DNA from: Ascoidea asiatica JCM 7603
Lineage: Eukaryota > Fungi > Ascomycota
Assembly: GCA_001600695.1 (NCBI GenBank)
Contig: BCKQ01000001.1
Location: forward strand, 245,392-309,391
Direction of reading: 5' to 3'
DNA: 64,000 nt
How positions within the stretch are numbered: position 1 is the stretch's first letter; each line of letters opens with the position of its first letter. Under the pieces are notes generated by a model. That model saw only the letters and a list, made by a program, of their open reading frames with translations. It ran no database searches and was not told the origin of the DNA. Made by a program: the position numbers and the translations under genes. This document shows positions 33,134 to 44,024 of the stretch, piece by piece.

Positions 33134-34513
33134 ATGGTTAATTATCAAGCATTATTAATATTTTTATCAGTTGTAGCAATTTTATGCTTAATTGTACCAA
33201 CATGGCAACAATTTAAAAATCCAGATAGATTACCATATATTTCATTATTTCTTTGGTTATTTTTAATGAATTTAGAAACTTTTGTTAATGTAATAATTTG
33301 GGGTACGAAAGATTTCAAGAATAGATGGAATGGAGAAATTTGGTGTGATATATATAGTTATATATATGATGCATCAACAGTTGGTATTGCATGTTGTGCA
33401 ACATGTATTGTATTTCATATGTATTGTATTTTATCCATGAATAATTTTTGTAATTATTCAAGATTTAAAAAAAATTTAATTTTTTTCTTAATTTCATGGG
33501 TTCAACCAATTTTAATTATGTCACTTGCATATCTTGTTTATGCAATGAGATATATTATTATAAAATATACAGGATGTCATTCAATGCATCAAGCAAGTTG
33601 GCTAAGAATTTTTTTAATTTATATATGGTCAATTGTTTGGTGTATTGGAGGATTAATTCTATCAATATTAACACTTTGGAAATTTTATTGGAGAAGAAAA
33701 GATGCAGATGATATATTCAGATGTACAAAAGGTGGATTAAGTGTTAGAAAATTTTTCAGAGTTATGATTTTTTGTCTGTTGATTTTTTTAATATTATTAC
33801 CAGTTACAATAATTTATTTTGAATCAAATTTGAAAATCATAGTACCATATAGTTTTAAAGAAGCTCATGAAACTTGGAATGAAAGATATTTTTTATATGC
33901 TTCAGAACCTTTATATGATAGATATATTCTAGCAGTTTTATGTTATATTGTTTTTATATTATTTGGAATTGGATGTGGTACAGGAGAAATTTATTTTAAG
34001 ATATTAAAATTTTTAAAATTAAATTTCATAATAAAATATATTGAAAAAAAACAAATTAAAATTAAAAGAAAAAAAGAAAATCAAATGGATAATTATCTAT
34101 TTAATAATATAGGAAATAATAATAATAATCTTCAAAGAACAAATGGAATTGATAATCTAAATAAATTAGTTTATTCAAATAAAGATTTAGAATTGGGTAA
34201 TAATTCGCCAGGTTCAAAAATTAGTTATAATTCCAATTATAATTCTAATTATAATTCTGATTATGATTATATAGAAGAAGAAGAAGAATCTCCAGAAACT
34301 AAAGTTGGTAGTTCAAAATCATTATTTGATATTATTGATGGAATAAATTCAATTGACAATGATAAATATTCAGAATTTTTCACTGAAAAACCAAAAAGTA
34401 TATATAAAAGTCAAAAAAGTTCAAGAGTGGATTTGAATGAATGTTTAAATCATGAAGAAGCTGCTATAAATCCAGATTTTAAATTTGAAGTCAAAGTTGT
34501 TCAGACGAAATGA
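33134..34513 (+). CDS. STE3: a-factor pheromone receptor (fungal class D GPCR)
   Basis: Seven hydrophobic segments, IIW....RWNGEIWCDI, RYIIIKYTGC, FYWRRKDADDIFRCTKGGLS..KFFR, FILFGIG, hydrophilic tail. Confidence 0.92.
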   Translation: MVNYQALLIFLSVVAILCLIVPTWQQFKNPDRLPYISLFLWLFLMNLETFVNVIIWGTKDFKNRWNGEIWCDIYSYIYDASTVGIACCATCIVFHMYCILSMNNFCNYSRFKKNLIFFLISWVQPILIMSLAYLVYAMRYIIIKYTGCHSMHQASWLRIFLIYIWSIVWCIGGLILSILTLWKFYWRRKDADDIFRCTKGGLSVRKFFRVMIFCLLIFLILLPVTIIYFESNLKIIVPYSFKEAHETWNERYFLYASEPLYDRYILAVLCYIVFILFGIGCGTGEIYFKILKFLKLNFIIKYIEKKQIKIKRKKENQMDNYLFNNIGNNNNNLQRTNGIDNLNKLVYSNKDLELGNNSPGSKISYNSNYNSNYNSDYDYIEEEEESPETKVGSSKSLFDIIDGINSIDNDKYSEFFTEKPKSIYKSQKSSRVDLNECLNHEEAAINPDFKFEVKVVQTK

Positions 34514-34612
34514 TTATTATTTTTTTTCTTTAAATTATTTGTGTTGTTTTTTTATTATTTCTATTTCTATTATTTCTATTATTTTTATTATTTCCATAAT
34601 TTATAATTCTAT

Positions 34613-34656
34613 ACTATTTCTACACTATTTCTACACTATTTCCACACTATTTCCAC
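34613..34656. repeat. 11-bp tandem repeat (ACTATTTCYAC)x4 downstream of STE3
   Basis: Units at 34613, 34624, 34635 and 34646. Confidence 0.8.
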
Positions 34657-34815
34657 TTCTAAACCAATAAATATGTTTTAGCAAAACTTCTGTTTGAGAG
34701 AATTTGAACATAAACTTTGAAAATAAATATTCACGTGATTTAGTATTACTAGTACCATAGTACAATTTTTAAAATTATCTCTGTAAAGATTTTACTACTA
34801 GAAAGTTGTATTAAC

Positions 34816-34888
34816 ATCTTTGTGGCGCAATGGTCAACGCGTCTGACTACGAATCAGGAGATTGCAGGTTCGAGTCCTGCCAAGGATG
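34816..34888 (+). tRNA. tRNA-Arg, anticodon ACG, intronless
   Basis: Acceptor ATCTTTG/CAAGGAT, A-box TGGCGCAATGG, anticodon arm CTGA-CTACGAA-TCAG, T-loop GGTTCGAGTCC, discriminator G. Confidence 0.95.
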
Positions 34889-34897
34889 TTTTTTTTT
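34889..34897 (+). terminator. Pol III oligo(T) terminator of tRNA-Arg
   Basis: T9 run immediately after the tRNA. Confidence 0.85.
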
Positions 34898-35059
34898 GTC
34901 TTTTGCTGTTTTTGATGCTTTGGAATTCATTTTATCTTTTTTTCTGTTCAAAAAGTGATGCACTGCCATTTATTCATATGTTACTATAAAGAAATACTTT
35001 AAAGAAGTGTTATAAAGGTGTATTATGTATTATGTATGTAGTGTTTTGTAAAATATTGA

Positions 35060-35578
35060 TTAGATTACTGTTGGAGCTGGATTAACTAATTTTGAAGTTA
35101 ATTGAAAACCATAAATTAATAAAGTAATGGCATTGAATGTATTAAATAGTAAACTTAAACCATGAGCTTTACCAAATTCTTTATTTAATTTTGCCATTTC
35201 ATTAGTTACTTTACCTTCAGAATCTTTATCTTCACCAGCAATTTCTAATTTATTTCTTTTTAATTTAACATCTTTATTCCAATTTAAAAGATAAAATAAA
35301 TTTACTGCACCTGTTATTGAACTAATTGATAAATTTGTAATTACACCACACGATAATTTAAAAGGGGATGTTAAAGCTAAAATTATTGGTACAAAAGTTT
35401 GAGCTTTAAAATATATTGGTAATACAGAACCTGCAAATAAACCAAATTCTTTTCTTGGAAGATTCTTAAATGCAATTGGTGCTGCAATATATGTATGAAA
35501 TATTGTTGATCCAAATAATAATGAATAAAGTACAAGATGATATGGGGCAATAGTTCCTGCTATACCAAGTGAATTCAT
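35060..35578 (-). CDS. TMEM205-like / DUF4149 membrane protein (YPR098C-like)
   Basis: HLVLYSLLFG..IFHTYIAAPIAFKNLPRKEFG...LPIYF and LNKEFGKAHGLSLLFN. Confidence 0.85.
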   Translation of the reverse strand: MNSLGIAGTIAPYHLVLYSLLFGSTIFHTYIAAPIAFKNLPRKEFGLFAGSVLPIYFKAQTFVPIILALTSPFKLSCGVITNLSISSITGAVNLFYLLNWNKDVKLKRNKLEIAGEDKDSEGKVTNEMAKLNKEFGKAHGLSLLFNTFNAITLLIYGFQLTSKLVNPAPTVI

Positions 35579-37407
35579 TTTGAGATTAGTTAATTAATTG
35601 ATTGATTGATTGATTGATTATATATATTTTTTACAAATATTTGTATATATGTATTATATATTGAAAATATGGTTGATTTTATTAATGATATTGTATTGTA
35701 TATTAGTTATAATCTCTGAAATACATTTCTTTATTGAGGGAAAATGGTTTGTTATATACTAATTTTTATATTACTTTGCACTATCAATGCGTAGTGGCAA
35801 AATGTATGGTCACTGGTTAACAAACAACTCACGTAATTTTATCCTTATCCTTAAATAATTCAAATTAAGTGGAACCACTAAATCTTTACAAACTGTCACA
35901 TTATTCTAATATCAACAACGTATTAAAATTAATTCACTTTATTTCATTTCTTTCTTTGATTTTAAACTATGTTTGGATTATAATTTATAATATCTCATTA
36001 ATTTGTTTATTTACTTTTTTATTTGGTTATTTACTTTTTTATTTTTTCTGGGGCAGTTAACACAGTATCCAATTTCATAATAAAAGTAAAATTACTAAAA
36101 AATACCATTAATTTTATATAAAATCAATCTTGGATCCTATTCTTAAATTATTAGATTGAATTTATTATAACGTGTCTGTAATTTATTGGTTAAAACATAT
36201 TCTTTATATTTGCTACTGAGAATATATTTGATAAAATTTGAATTTCTTTAACAATAAATACTTTTCAAAGAGAAGTCAATTTTTATATTTTCAAAGTTAA
36301 GATCTTTTAAATAAGAGTTAACACCTTGTCATTTTATAAAATTTAGAATATTTAAGAGCTTTTAAGAGAAATTTCAATGAAAAAGCATTTGAATTATTCA
36401 TATTTCAAAAAAAAAAAGGATACTTTTTATCCACTTAAAGAAATAAAACTAAATCAAACAAAGAACACTAAAACTAAAACTAAAAATTGAATTAAAATTA
36501 AAATTAAAATGATTTGAAATCAAAATAATTCTCCAGAATTTACTAGACTTATTTTATTATCTATCATTAAGTAAGATTAATGTTTATTATTTATCATTAA
36601 GAACCATAATGAATATAAATAAACCAAAGAAATAAATCAAAGGAACATACCAACCGGTTTGTTTGGTTTTCAATATAATGACTCACTTCTTGACAAAGGT
36701 TATCAACAATGATTTAATCAATTAACATATAAATAATTATAATTACAATTGTAAACATTCTCAAACACTTTCAAATACTTTTCATCAATTATAACCAATT
36801 ATAATCCTATCAAATTATCAAATCATCATCTTCATGTCAATAAACTCAATAGAACCTTATTTACTAATTTTATCGGTTGAAAAAAGCACTCCAATTTATA
36901 AATATTCAAATAATCGGAAGAATATTTAATTTTTATTTTTTATAAGTAATTTTATTAGATACGAGTAAAACTAAAAAAAAAATTGAAATTTTTAATACTT
37001 CATTAACTTACACTAATAGTAATAAAATACTGAAATTAATGACAATACTTTGGATTTAAATAATCTTAAATAAAAAGATTATCTATTTTTTTTTTTTTTT
37101 CAATTGTTAAGAAATTTCGGGATTTAAAATCATTTACGATTACTAACTAATTTCAGTCACTATTATTATTTAAATCTTAAAAAAAATATTGAAAAAAAAA
37201 AATATCGAATAGTTTATCATTTCTTGGGGTATTTTTAATTCAAGATGTCGAATATATATTTATTAAGTATATAAAAGATGGTTTACAACCATGAATTAAT
37301 TTATTAGTATATATCTATCTTCGTTAGATAAAATTAAAGAAATTATAATCAAATTTTTCACTACACTTTTTTAGTACGTTCAAAAAGAGGAATACAATCA
37401 ATAAAAG

Positions 37408-39657
37408 ATGAAGTTGAAAAATAATAATTCAAATAATCAAAAAATTCTTGAAAATTCGAATCATAACAATTCTGAAAATTCTAGCTCAATCAGTCAAGAT
37501 CCAAAAATATATCATGTTCTACCATCTTTTCAAATGTATGAATCTTTTATAAATTCAAGATCAATTAGTTCAAGTTCTCAAATTTCAACATTGAATTCCA
37601 GACAATCAAGACTTAACTCAATTGGCTCAGATTCAAACACTAGTTCAAATATAAGTATTTTATCTGAAAATAATGATAAAATCAATTATGGACCTAAAAA
37701 TAAAGCTAGACCTCCAAGTTATGAATATTCATTAAGTGGTTCAAATACTCCAATTTCTTCAAATTCTTTTATCTTAAATCAAAATAACGAGTTTCTAATA
37801 GGTCCTGATGAACTTTTACATAATCCAAAAGTTGATATTGAAAATTCCATATTATTAGCAGATAATGATTATCAGACGATAATGTTCAAAAACGTAAGAG
37901 ATTTAGAATATCTCACAATTCCTGGAATTTCAATTGAATCGATTCTTATAGATAATCAAAAAGATATTCAAACTCCTCCAATAAAAGTCAATCCTTTGAA
38001 AGAATTTTCACCAGGTGAATCTGTCAAAGGTTATGTTACAATTGAAAATAAAACTAATAAAGATATTTCTTTTCAAAATTTTTATGTTTCTTTAGAAGGA
38101 ACTCTAAAAACTTGGACTTATAAAAAAGAAAATAATCAAATAATCAAATATAAGAATTCGAAATCAATTTTAGAAATGATTGATTTAAGTGCATCTTGGT
38201 CATTGGCATGTATAGTGCCGAATTATGGTATTGGATATAAAGCTCATGAAAAAACCAATTATGATAATGCAGTTTTAGCATTACCTAATTCTCGTATACT
38301 AAAAGCAAAAACAAAATATAAAAAATATTTTTATTTCACATTTCCTTCAAATTCTTTAGATGTAGTTTGTCCTCATGATATTGAAAATCATTTGAATTTA
38401 CCTTCATCTTTAACAATCAATAAGTCTAACTCTAATATTAAACAGAAATATATATTTAGTGATGAAGAAAGTGTTTTATCTAATTGGTTAAATTTGAATA
38501 AAAAAAAAGATTGTCCTTCAGTTAGTTATTCAATCAATACAAGATTAATTTGTTCAAAAGAAGAAATTGCAAAATTTTTTAAACCTGTATATAATCAACC
38601 AGATAATGATTTTTTTATTTGTGGAAATGCAATATCTCATCTAAGATTCGTACCTAAAAAAGTGACGAATGATGAAAGAAATTCAAGAAATTCAATTTTG
38701 AATCTAAATTATAATTATTTTGAACAAGTTAAATCTTTAGCAAATCATATTTCAGATGAGATTCTTAATTTAGAAAAACAAGGAGTTTCCACAAATTTTC
38801 AAAATCCTGTTTCTTTAATTAAAAAAAAATATAAAATTTTATTTGAAAACAAAAGTAAAACTTATATAAGTCAAATTTCAGAAAAAATAATTAATAAAGA
38901 TAATAATAATCATGAAAGAAATTTATTTCATATTGAGAATCTAAAGGTTAAAAAATCAAATAAAAATATAAGTATTGTTTTAAAAAAAGTTTTCGGCGAT
39001 AATCTAAATAACTTAAATAATAAATTTTCAGCTAAAGTGAATATTCCTGATTTTAATTTACCTTATGTATGGACATTCAGAAATGCTTCAAATGAGCTCA
39101 AAACCTTTAAATCTAAGCAGTTAGAGTTTGAAATTTTTATTAACAATCCTAAATTTCCAAAAGTACCAGTAATAACATCTATTGAATTAGATTTAATCGC
39201 AATCACAGCAACCTCAAATACCACTATTCCTTTAAATTTAACCCATAAAGTCTTTTTATGTAAGAATGAATTGAAAAACTTGAAAACCAAATTCAATGAA
39301 CTTCAAAAAAGAATCTCAGAACTTCCTATCAATAAACAGAATACAATTCCTAAAAATATACTTGGTTCAATTAAAGCGATAGAAAACCTTCAATATTCTG
39401 AAATCACCTTCAGTAATTTTCTCAAAATTCAAAATTTTACTAGTTCTGAGTGGAAGCTTAATGAAACATTAGATAAATGGACTAGTAAAGTGAAAATTGA
39501 TATGAAACTATTTTCAAAATTTAATCAGACAATTATTCCAAGTTTCGAGAGTTGTATGATTTCTAGATTGTACTATATTCGCTCATCAGTGACTCTAAAT
39601 AATAAGTACACAGTGTATGTTCCAATTCCAATTGAAGTGAAAAGAATTTTTAAATGA
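37408..39657 (+). CDS. Bul1/Bul2-family arrestin-like Rsp5 adaptor
   Basis: VLPSFQMY, PPSY motif, LKEFSPGESVKGYVTIENK, FYVSLEG, LEMIDLSASWS, KYKKYFYFTFP..LDVVC.H, C-terminal IIPSFESCMISRLYYI. Confidence 0.85.
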   Translation: MKLKNNNSNNQKILENSNHNNSENSSSISQDPKIYHVLPSFQMYESFINSRSISSSSQISTLNSRQSRLNSIGSDSNTSSNISILSENNDKINYGPKNKARPPSYEYSLSGSNTPISSNSFILNQNNEFLIGPDELLHNPKVDIENSILLADNDYQTIMFKNVRDLEYLTIPGISIESILIDNQKDIQTPPIKVNPLKEFSPGESVKGYVTIENKTNKDISFQNFYVSLEGTLKTWTYKKENNQIIKYKNSKSILEMIDLSASWSLACIVPNYGIGYKAHEKTNYDNAVLALPNSRILKAKTKYKKYFYFTFPSNSLDVVCPHDIENHLNLPSSLTINKSNSNIKQKYIFSDEESVLSNWLNLNKKKDCPSVSYSINTRLICSKEEIAKFFKPVYNQPDNDFFICGNAISHLRFVPKKVTNDERNSRNSILNLNYNYFEQVKSLANHISDEILNLEKQGVSTNFQNPVSLIKKKYKILFENKSKTYISQISEKIINKDNNNHERNLFHIENLKVKKSNKNISIVLKKVFGDNLNNLNNKFSAKVNIPDFNLPYVWTFRNASNELKTFKSKQLEFEIFINNPKFPKVPVITSIELDLIAITATSNTTIPLNLTHKVFLCKNELKNLKTKFNELQKRISELPINKQNTIPKNILGSIKAIENLQYSEITFSNFLKIQNFTSSEWKLNETLDKWTSKVKIDMKLFSKFNQTIIPSFESCMISRLYYIRSSVTLNNKYTVYVPIPIEVKRIFK

Positions 39658-39831
39658 TCTGACCAGCAATAAATAAAATCACAATCTGATGATAATCAGC
39701 TTCACTTATGCATTTAACTTGATAGCTTCAATAAAACAATAATAAAATTAATAGCAAAAAAGGGTAGTTTCAGTATTTGGTTGAGTGTGATTACGTAATT
39801 AGTGTTTCTTGGAGAAAAAAAGAATTTCTGG

Positions 39832-39876
39832 GGAAAATTCTGGAAAAGTCTGGAACAATCGGGAAGGTTCTGGAAG
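39832..39876. promoter_or_regulatory. Extended heat-shock element upstream of sHSP copy 2
   Basis: Nine phased units GAAaaTTCtgGAAaaGTCtgGAAcaATCggGAAggTTCtgGAA. Confidence 0.8.
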
Positions 39877-39983
39877 TGAGACCGGTTTTGTGGGTCTTCT
39901 TTCTTTGGGTGTTTCCTCCACACTTTCACTGGACATTATTTTAATAAATGGTGAACTGAAATAAAAATATTGGTTTATTCGAA

Positions 39984-40932
39984 TTCTAGAAAATGCTGGA
40001 ATACTCCAAGAGAAATATTGAAGAACTATAGTGAAGTTTATTTTATTGCTGAATACTGTGGAAGACCATTTTTCTTTGATTTAATGCTTGCTTGCTGAAA
40101 GAGTTTTTGCTATTAATGTGCCTCTTCATTTTAATTAAAAATAATATATAAGGACAAGATGTTTTCAAATAATTTTGGATAAGTTTTGATAAAATATTTT
40201 ATTCAATTCAATTTATTTTAACTAATTATATCTAACTTAATTAATTATAATATCCAACTCAATTACTTATCATATAAAACTTACTTTAAAACTACAATTT
40301 CAATTAATATAATATCAATTTTATAATGTCTGGTTTATTTTACTCACCTTTTTGGGATTTTGCTGCTGGTATTGATGACAGCTTAAATGAATTATATCGT
40401 GCATTTCCAAGAGAAGAAATCAAGAATCAAAAAGCAATTGGTAAAAAGGAAAACAACAACAAAAAAGGAAAACAAGTTGCCAATGTTAAAAAAGAAAAAC
40501 CAAGATCTTTAGTTTCTGGATTTTTCCCTGATGATGATGATTATAATCTCTGGAACATGGATTTCAAAGATATTGTTCCTCCTGTTGATTTAATCAGTAA
40601 TGATAAAGATTACGAATTACATTTATCTATTCCTGGTGCTGAAAAGGATAAAATTAATATTGATTTCAATAAAGAAACCAATTCAGTTACAGTTTCCGGG
40701 GAGATTGAAAACCATAAAGAAGAAACCAAAGATAATATCAAATATCAAGAAAGATCAACAGGATCATTTTTAAGAACTGTTGCTTTACCAAAAGAGGAGA
40801 AATTAGATGATGAACATATCTCTGCTAAATATATTGATGGTGTCTTGGTTCTTTCAGTTCCAAAATTAGGTAAAAAAGAAACTGAAAATGTTCGTCGTAT
40901 TACTATTTCTTAAATTAATATGTTTTCAAATA
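39984..40932 (+). repeat. Direct repeat copy 2 (~949 bp: proximal promoter + sHSP CDS)
   Basis: Matches 29446..30394. First mismatch at 40933 (G vs T at 30395). Confidence 0.93.
40326..40913 (+). CDS. Small heat-shock protein (Hsp20 family), copy 2
   Basis: Protein identical to 29788..30375. Confidence 0.93.
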   Translation: MSGLFYSPFWDFAAGIDDSLNELYRAFPREEIKNQKAIGKKENNNKKGKQVANVKKEKPRSLVSGFFPDDDDYNLWNMDFKDIVPPVDLISNDKDYELHLSIPGAEKDKINIDFNKETNSVTVSGEIENHKEETKDNIKYQERSTGSFLRTVALPKEEKLDDEHISAKYIDGVLVLSVPKLGKKETENVRRITIS

Positions 40933-41624
40933 GTTTGATTTCTTAATACTTTTTTTAAAATTTCATATTTTTATACTTTTTTTAATTTATTTCGTTTTTG
41001 AATCTGTTTCTGAATTCTTGATACGATATCGTGTGTCACTTTTTATATTTAGTTTTTTTTTTATGTTTTTAATTATCTTTCAATAAAGAAAAGTTTATTT
41101 TTTAAATTACATGTAGATTTCAAATATGAATAATTAATTATTATTTTAAAATTTGATTAATCTCTAAAAGATTATATCAAGACTTCTTGATTTACTTTAT
41201 AACAAATGAAATAATAGGAAATTTATAAAAAAAATTGTCTAGATTTATAGAATTAATAGAATAAATAGTATTATTATTATTATTTAAATGATTTGTCATA
41301 AGATAAAAAACAGGAAGCGATGAATAAAAGGGGTAGAAAATTAAACAGTGATGAGAAAATGAAGCTGAAAATTTAGCATAATGATAAGAATGAAAAAAAA
41401 AAAAAAAGATATAAAGACAAATTAAGATGTATGAAGCTTGACCTGAAACTTTGCATTTTTAAAGATTTTATTACTTTATGTAATTGAAAAGTTTATTAAA
41501 ACGAAATTTTAAAATAAAAAATCGAGAATAAATTAATAAGACTGTAATTAATTAAATTGAAATTAATTATACATGAAATTAATCAAATTAAATAATTTAG
41601 ATAATTTAGATAAGTTAGAATAAG

Positions 41625-42845
41625 TTAAAAATTATAACTACCAGTTGCAACCTCTTGTTGTTGTAATTTTAATTGATGATCTTTTTCTAATCTTTCTTCC
41701 ATTTCTTTCAATTCTTTTTCTCTATCTAATAATTCTTGTCTCTTTTTCATTAATTCTTGTTGAACTTTTTCTTCATAAGCTTTTAATCTATCTTCTTCTA
41801 TTTTAATTTGTTCTTCTCTTGAATTGTAAGTATCATTAGTTGTATTATTTAAAGCAGAAGAACCAGTAATTTGATTTGATAAAGGTGAATTTAAAGATAA
41901 TTTAGAGGTATTATGAGCTAATTCAGGTACAGATAAATCATTATTTTGATCTTTACCAGATAAAGCATCAGTTCTATATTTTTCATATAATATTTCTTGA
42001 GTATATTCTTTGAAATCTTGTAAATGAGAAATTAATAAAGCAGATCTTAAAGTAATAAAATCACTTTGATCAGGATCTTCTATATCAATTGTACCCCAAG
42101 GATATTGTCTAACTCTAATTAAATCACCATCTTCATTTTTAATTTGATCATTTGAACCAACTATAGCAAATGGAATTAAAGATTTTAAATATGAATTTGC
42201 ATCAATTGTTTCTTCATCATCATAATTTAAATCAAATGGAAAATCATAAATTGGAATTTCATATTTTGATATATCTTCCATAATTAGTTTTTTATTTAAA
42301 GTTAATTCAGATATTGTTAAAGAATCAGATTTTGATATAACTGGTATAACATTAACTAAACCACCTAATTTTTTCATTATTTCTACATCAATTTCTCTTA
42401 AACCATGACCTGTAGCTACAATGAAATATAATAAAGCATGAACTCTACCATCTTTAAATCTTGGATTTCTTCTAACTCTTGATTCTTCTAATAAAATTTC
42501 ATCATATTGATGTCTAATATATTCTATTATAATTGAAAAACTTGATTCATTATCTATTGAATCACCAAAACCAGGAGTATCAATAATTGATAAAGAAATT
42601 TTAACACCTTCAGCATCTTCTAATTCTACATTTTCAGTTCTTAAAGTTAATTCTTTTTCATGAGAATCATCTTTTGGATCAGGAATAGTTGTTGAAACTT
42701 CAACAACTTGTTGACCACATAATGAATTAATAAAAGTAGATCTACCTGTACCAGATTGACCAACTATCATTAAAGTGAATTGAATTCCTTTTTTAAGAGT
42801 TTTCTTCTTTCTTAATTTAGAAGAAGATCCAATAACTGCAACCAT
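41625..42845 (-). CDS. CDC11: Septin, Cdc11 subgroup
   Basis: Basic LRKKKTLKKG, G1 GQSGTGRSTFINSL with the Cdc11-type Arg, DTPGFGD, EESRVRRNPRFKDGRVH, RQYPWG, C-terminal coiled coil. Confidence 0.9.
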   Translation of the reverse strand: MVAVIGSSSKLRKKKTLKKGIQFTLMIVGQSGTGRSTFINSLCGQQVVEVSTTIPDPKDDSHEKELTLRTENVELEDAEGVKISLSIIDTPGFGDSIDNESSFSIIIEYIRHQYDEILLEESRVRRNPRFKDGRVHALLYFIVATGHGLREIDVEIMKKLGGLVNVIPVISKSDSLTISELTLNKKLIMEDISKYEIPIYDFPFDLNYDDEETIDANSYLKSLIPFAIVGSNDQIKNEDGDLIRVRQYPWGTIDIEDPDQSDFITLRSALLISHLQDFKEYTQEILYEKYRTDALSGKDQNNDLSVPELAHNTSKLSLNSPLSNQITGSSALNNTTNDTYNSREEQIKIEEDRLKAYEEKVQQELMKKRQELLDREKELKEMEERLEKDHQLKLQQQEVATGSYNF

Positions 42846-43149
42846 TTTATTAATTTATTAAATTTTATATATTATTTACTGTTTATTTCTAAATTGAGAT
42901 TGAAACTTGGTAATTAAAAATTCGAATTGAAATTTGAGCCAAAATTAAAATTGAAAATGAAATTGTAGTTGAGATTGAGATTGAGATTAATTCAAATTTG
43001 AATTTTTTGATATTAAAATGCAATATTTCAACTAGATCTCTGAGAATAATAAAAAATTAAAAGGGATAATTAGTATCCTTTTTTGAAATTATTCAATCTG
43101 TTTAATCTTTACGTTCTCTATGAACAATGTATTATTATTACTATTTCTA

Positions 43150-43549
43150 TTAACAGGTGGTTTCTTGACAGAGTTTTGTTTTAGCTGAAGAAAGCTGGAA
43201 ATTCACCGCCACATTCTTTCTTTTATTTATTTAGAGCATGTGCCGCAATGGCTGCGGTGACTCTCTTTCAAGGTTTACCGGAACTTGAATTACCTAAAGT
43301 GATATGAGTAATTGGAACCGGTTAACATTCAGTAATAATCATTACCAAATAGGAAGGTGCTTTTATAGAAACCATTATTTTTACTATTTGCACCTTATTG
43401 TTCACATTAGGCAATTGTATCTACACAACAGCTGCGGTACCAAAACTGAAAGTCCCGCTCAATTGGTTTCGGGGCCGTTTAACTCCAGTTTGGTCTAGAT
43501 GCAGTGATACACCTTTAAAAACAGAGGAGTGATTGGAAACCACTTTTAA
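43150..43549 (+). ncRNA. Candidate structured non-coding RNA, family not identified
   Basis: Closing helix 43150-43165/43535-43549 enclosing several 6-9 bp stems. G-U wobbles favour the + strand. By-eye folding only. Confidence 0.3.
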
Positions 43550-44024
43550 GGTACTCTTAGGACTCAGATTTTGATTGGCAACAGCAGCTGCACTAAACGC
43601 CGGTCTTCTCAGATATTCCTCGATATTTTATTATTTGGGTATTTTGGATATTAAGGATCATGATCCATTTTTATAGAAGTTACTAGTTACTTGATTGGAA
43701 GTTATTATAAAAAAATTATTATATTTTCTTTATAATACATTTCTGATCCATATTAATTAATATTAAAAAACAATATTATACTAGGCTATCCAAATCGTTT
43801 GCTTATTCCACTTTCTTTAATATCTTTGAAGAAAATCTTAAATAAATCAGTCGGAAGATTTGAAAGATAGAAATTTAATTCTCATTCATTTTATCGCTGC
43901 AAAAATTTTCATACTTTTTTCAAATAATAATCTAAAAACCACATTTTCTACAAAAAAAACAATAATCTCGTTCAAATATTTTATATATATTTGTCAAATC
44001 ATATTTTTAGTTATATAAAATACT

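Noticed and set aside
34731-34815. TCACGTGA followed by ~80 AT-rich bp (point-centromere CDEI/CDEII-like)
   Set aside because: No CDEIII CCGAA core; it runs into a tRNA gene and the whole genome is AT-rich.
37141-37156. TACTAAC plus CAG upstream of the Bul1-like gene (possible 5'-UTR intron)
   Set aside because: No canonical 5' splice site nearby, and a TATA-like TATATAAAAG lies downstream at ~37268.
43197-43460. RNase P (GGAAATTC) or RNase MRP (GAAAGTCCC) CR-I-like motifs
   Set aside because: No properly placed P2, CR-IV or CR-V partner could be found, so the family assignment is unsupported.
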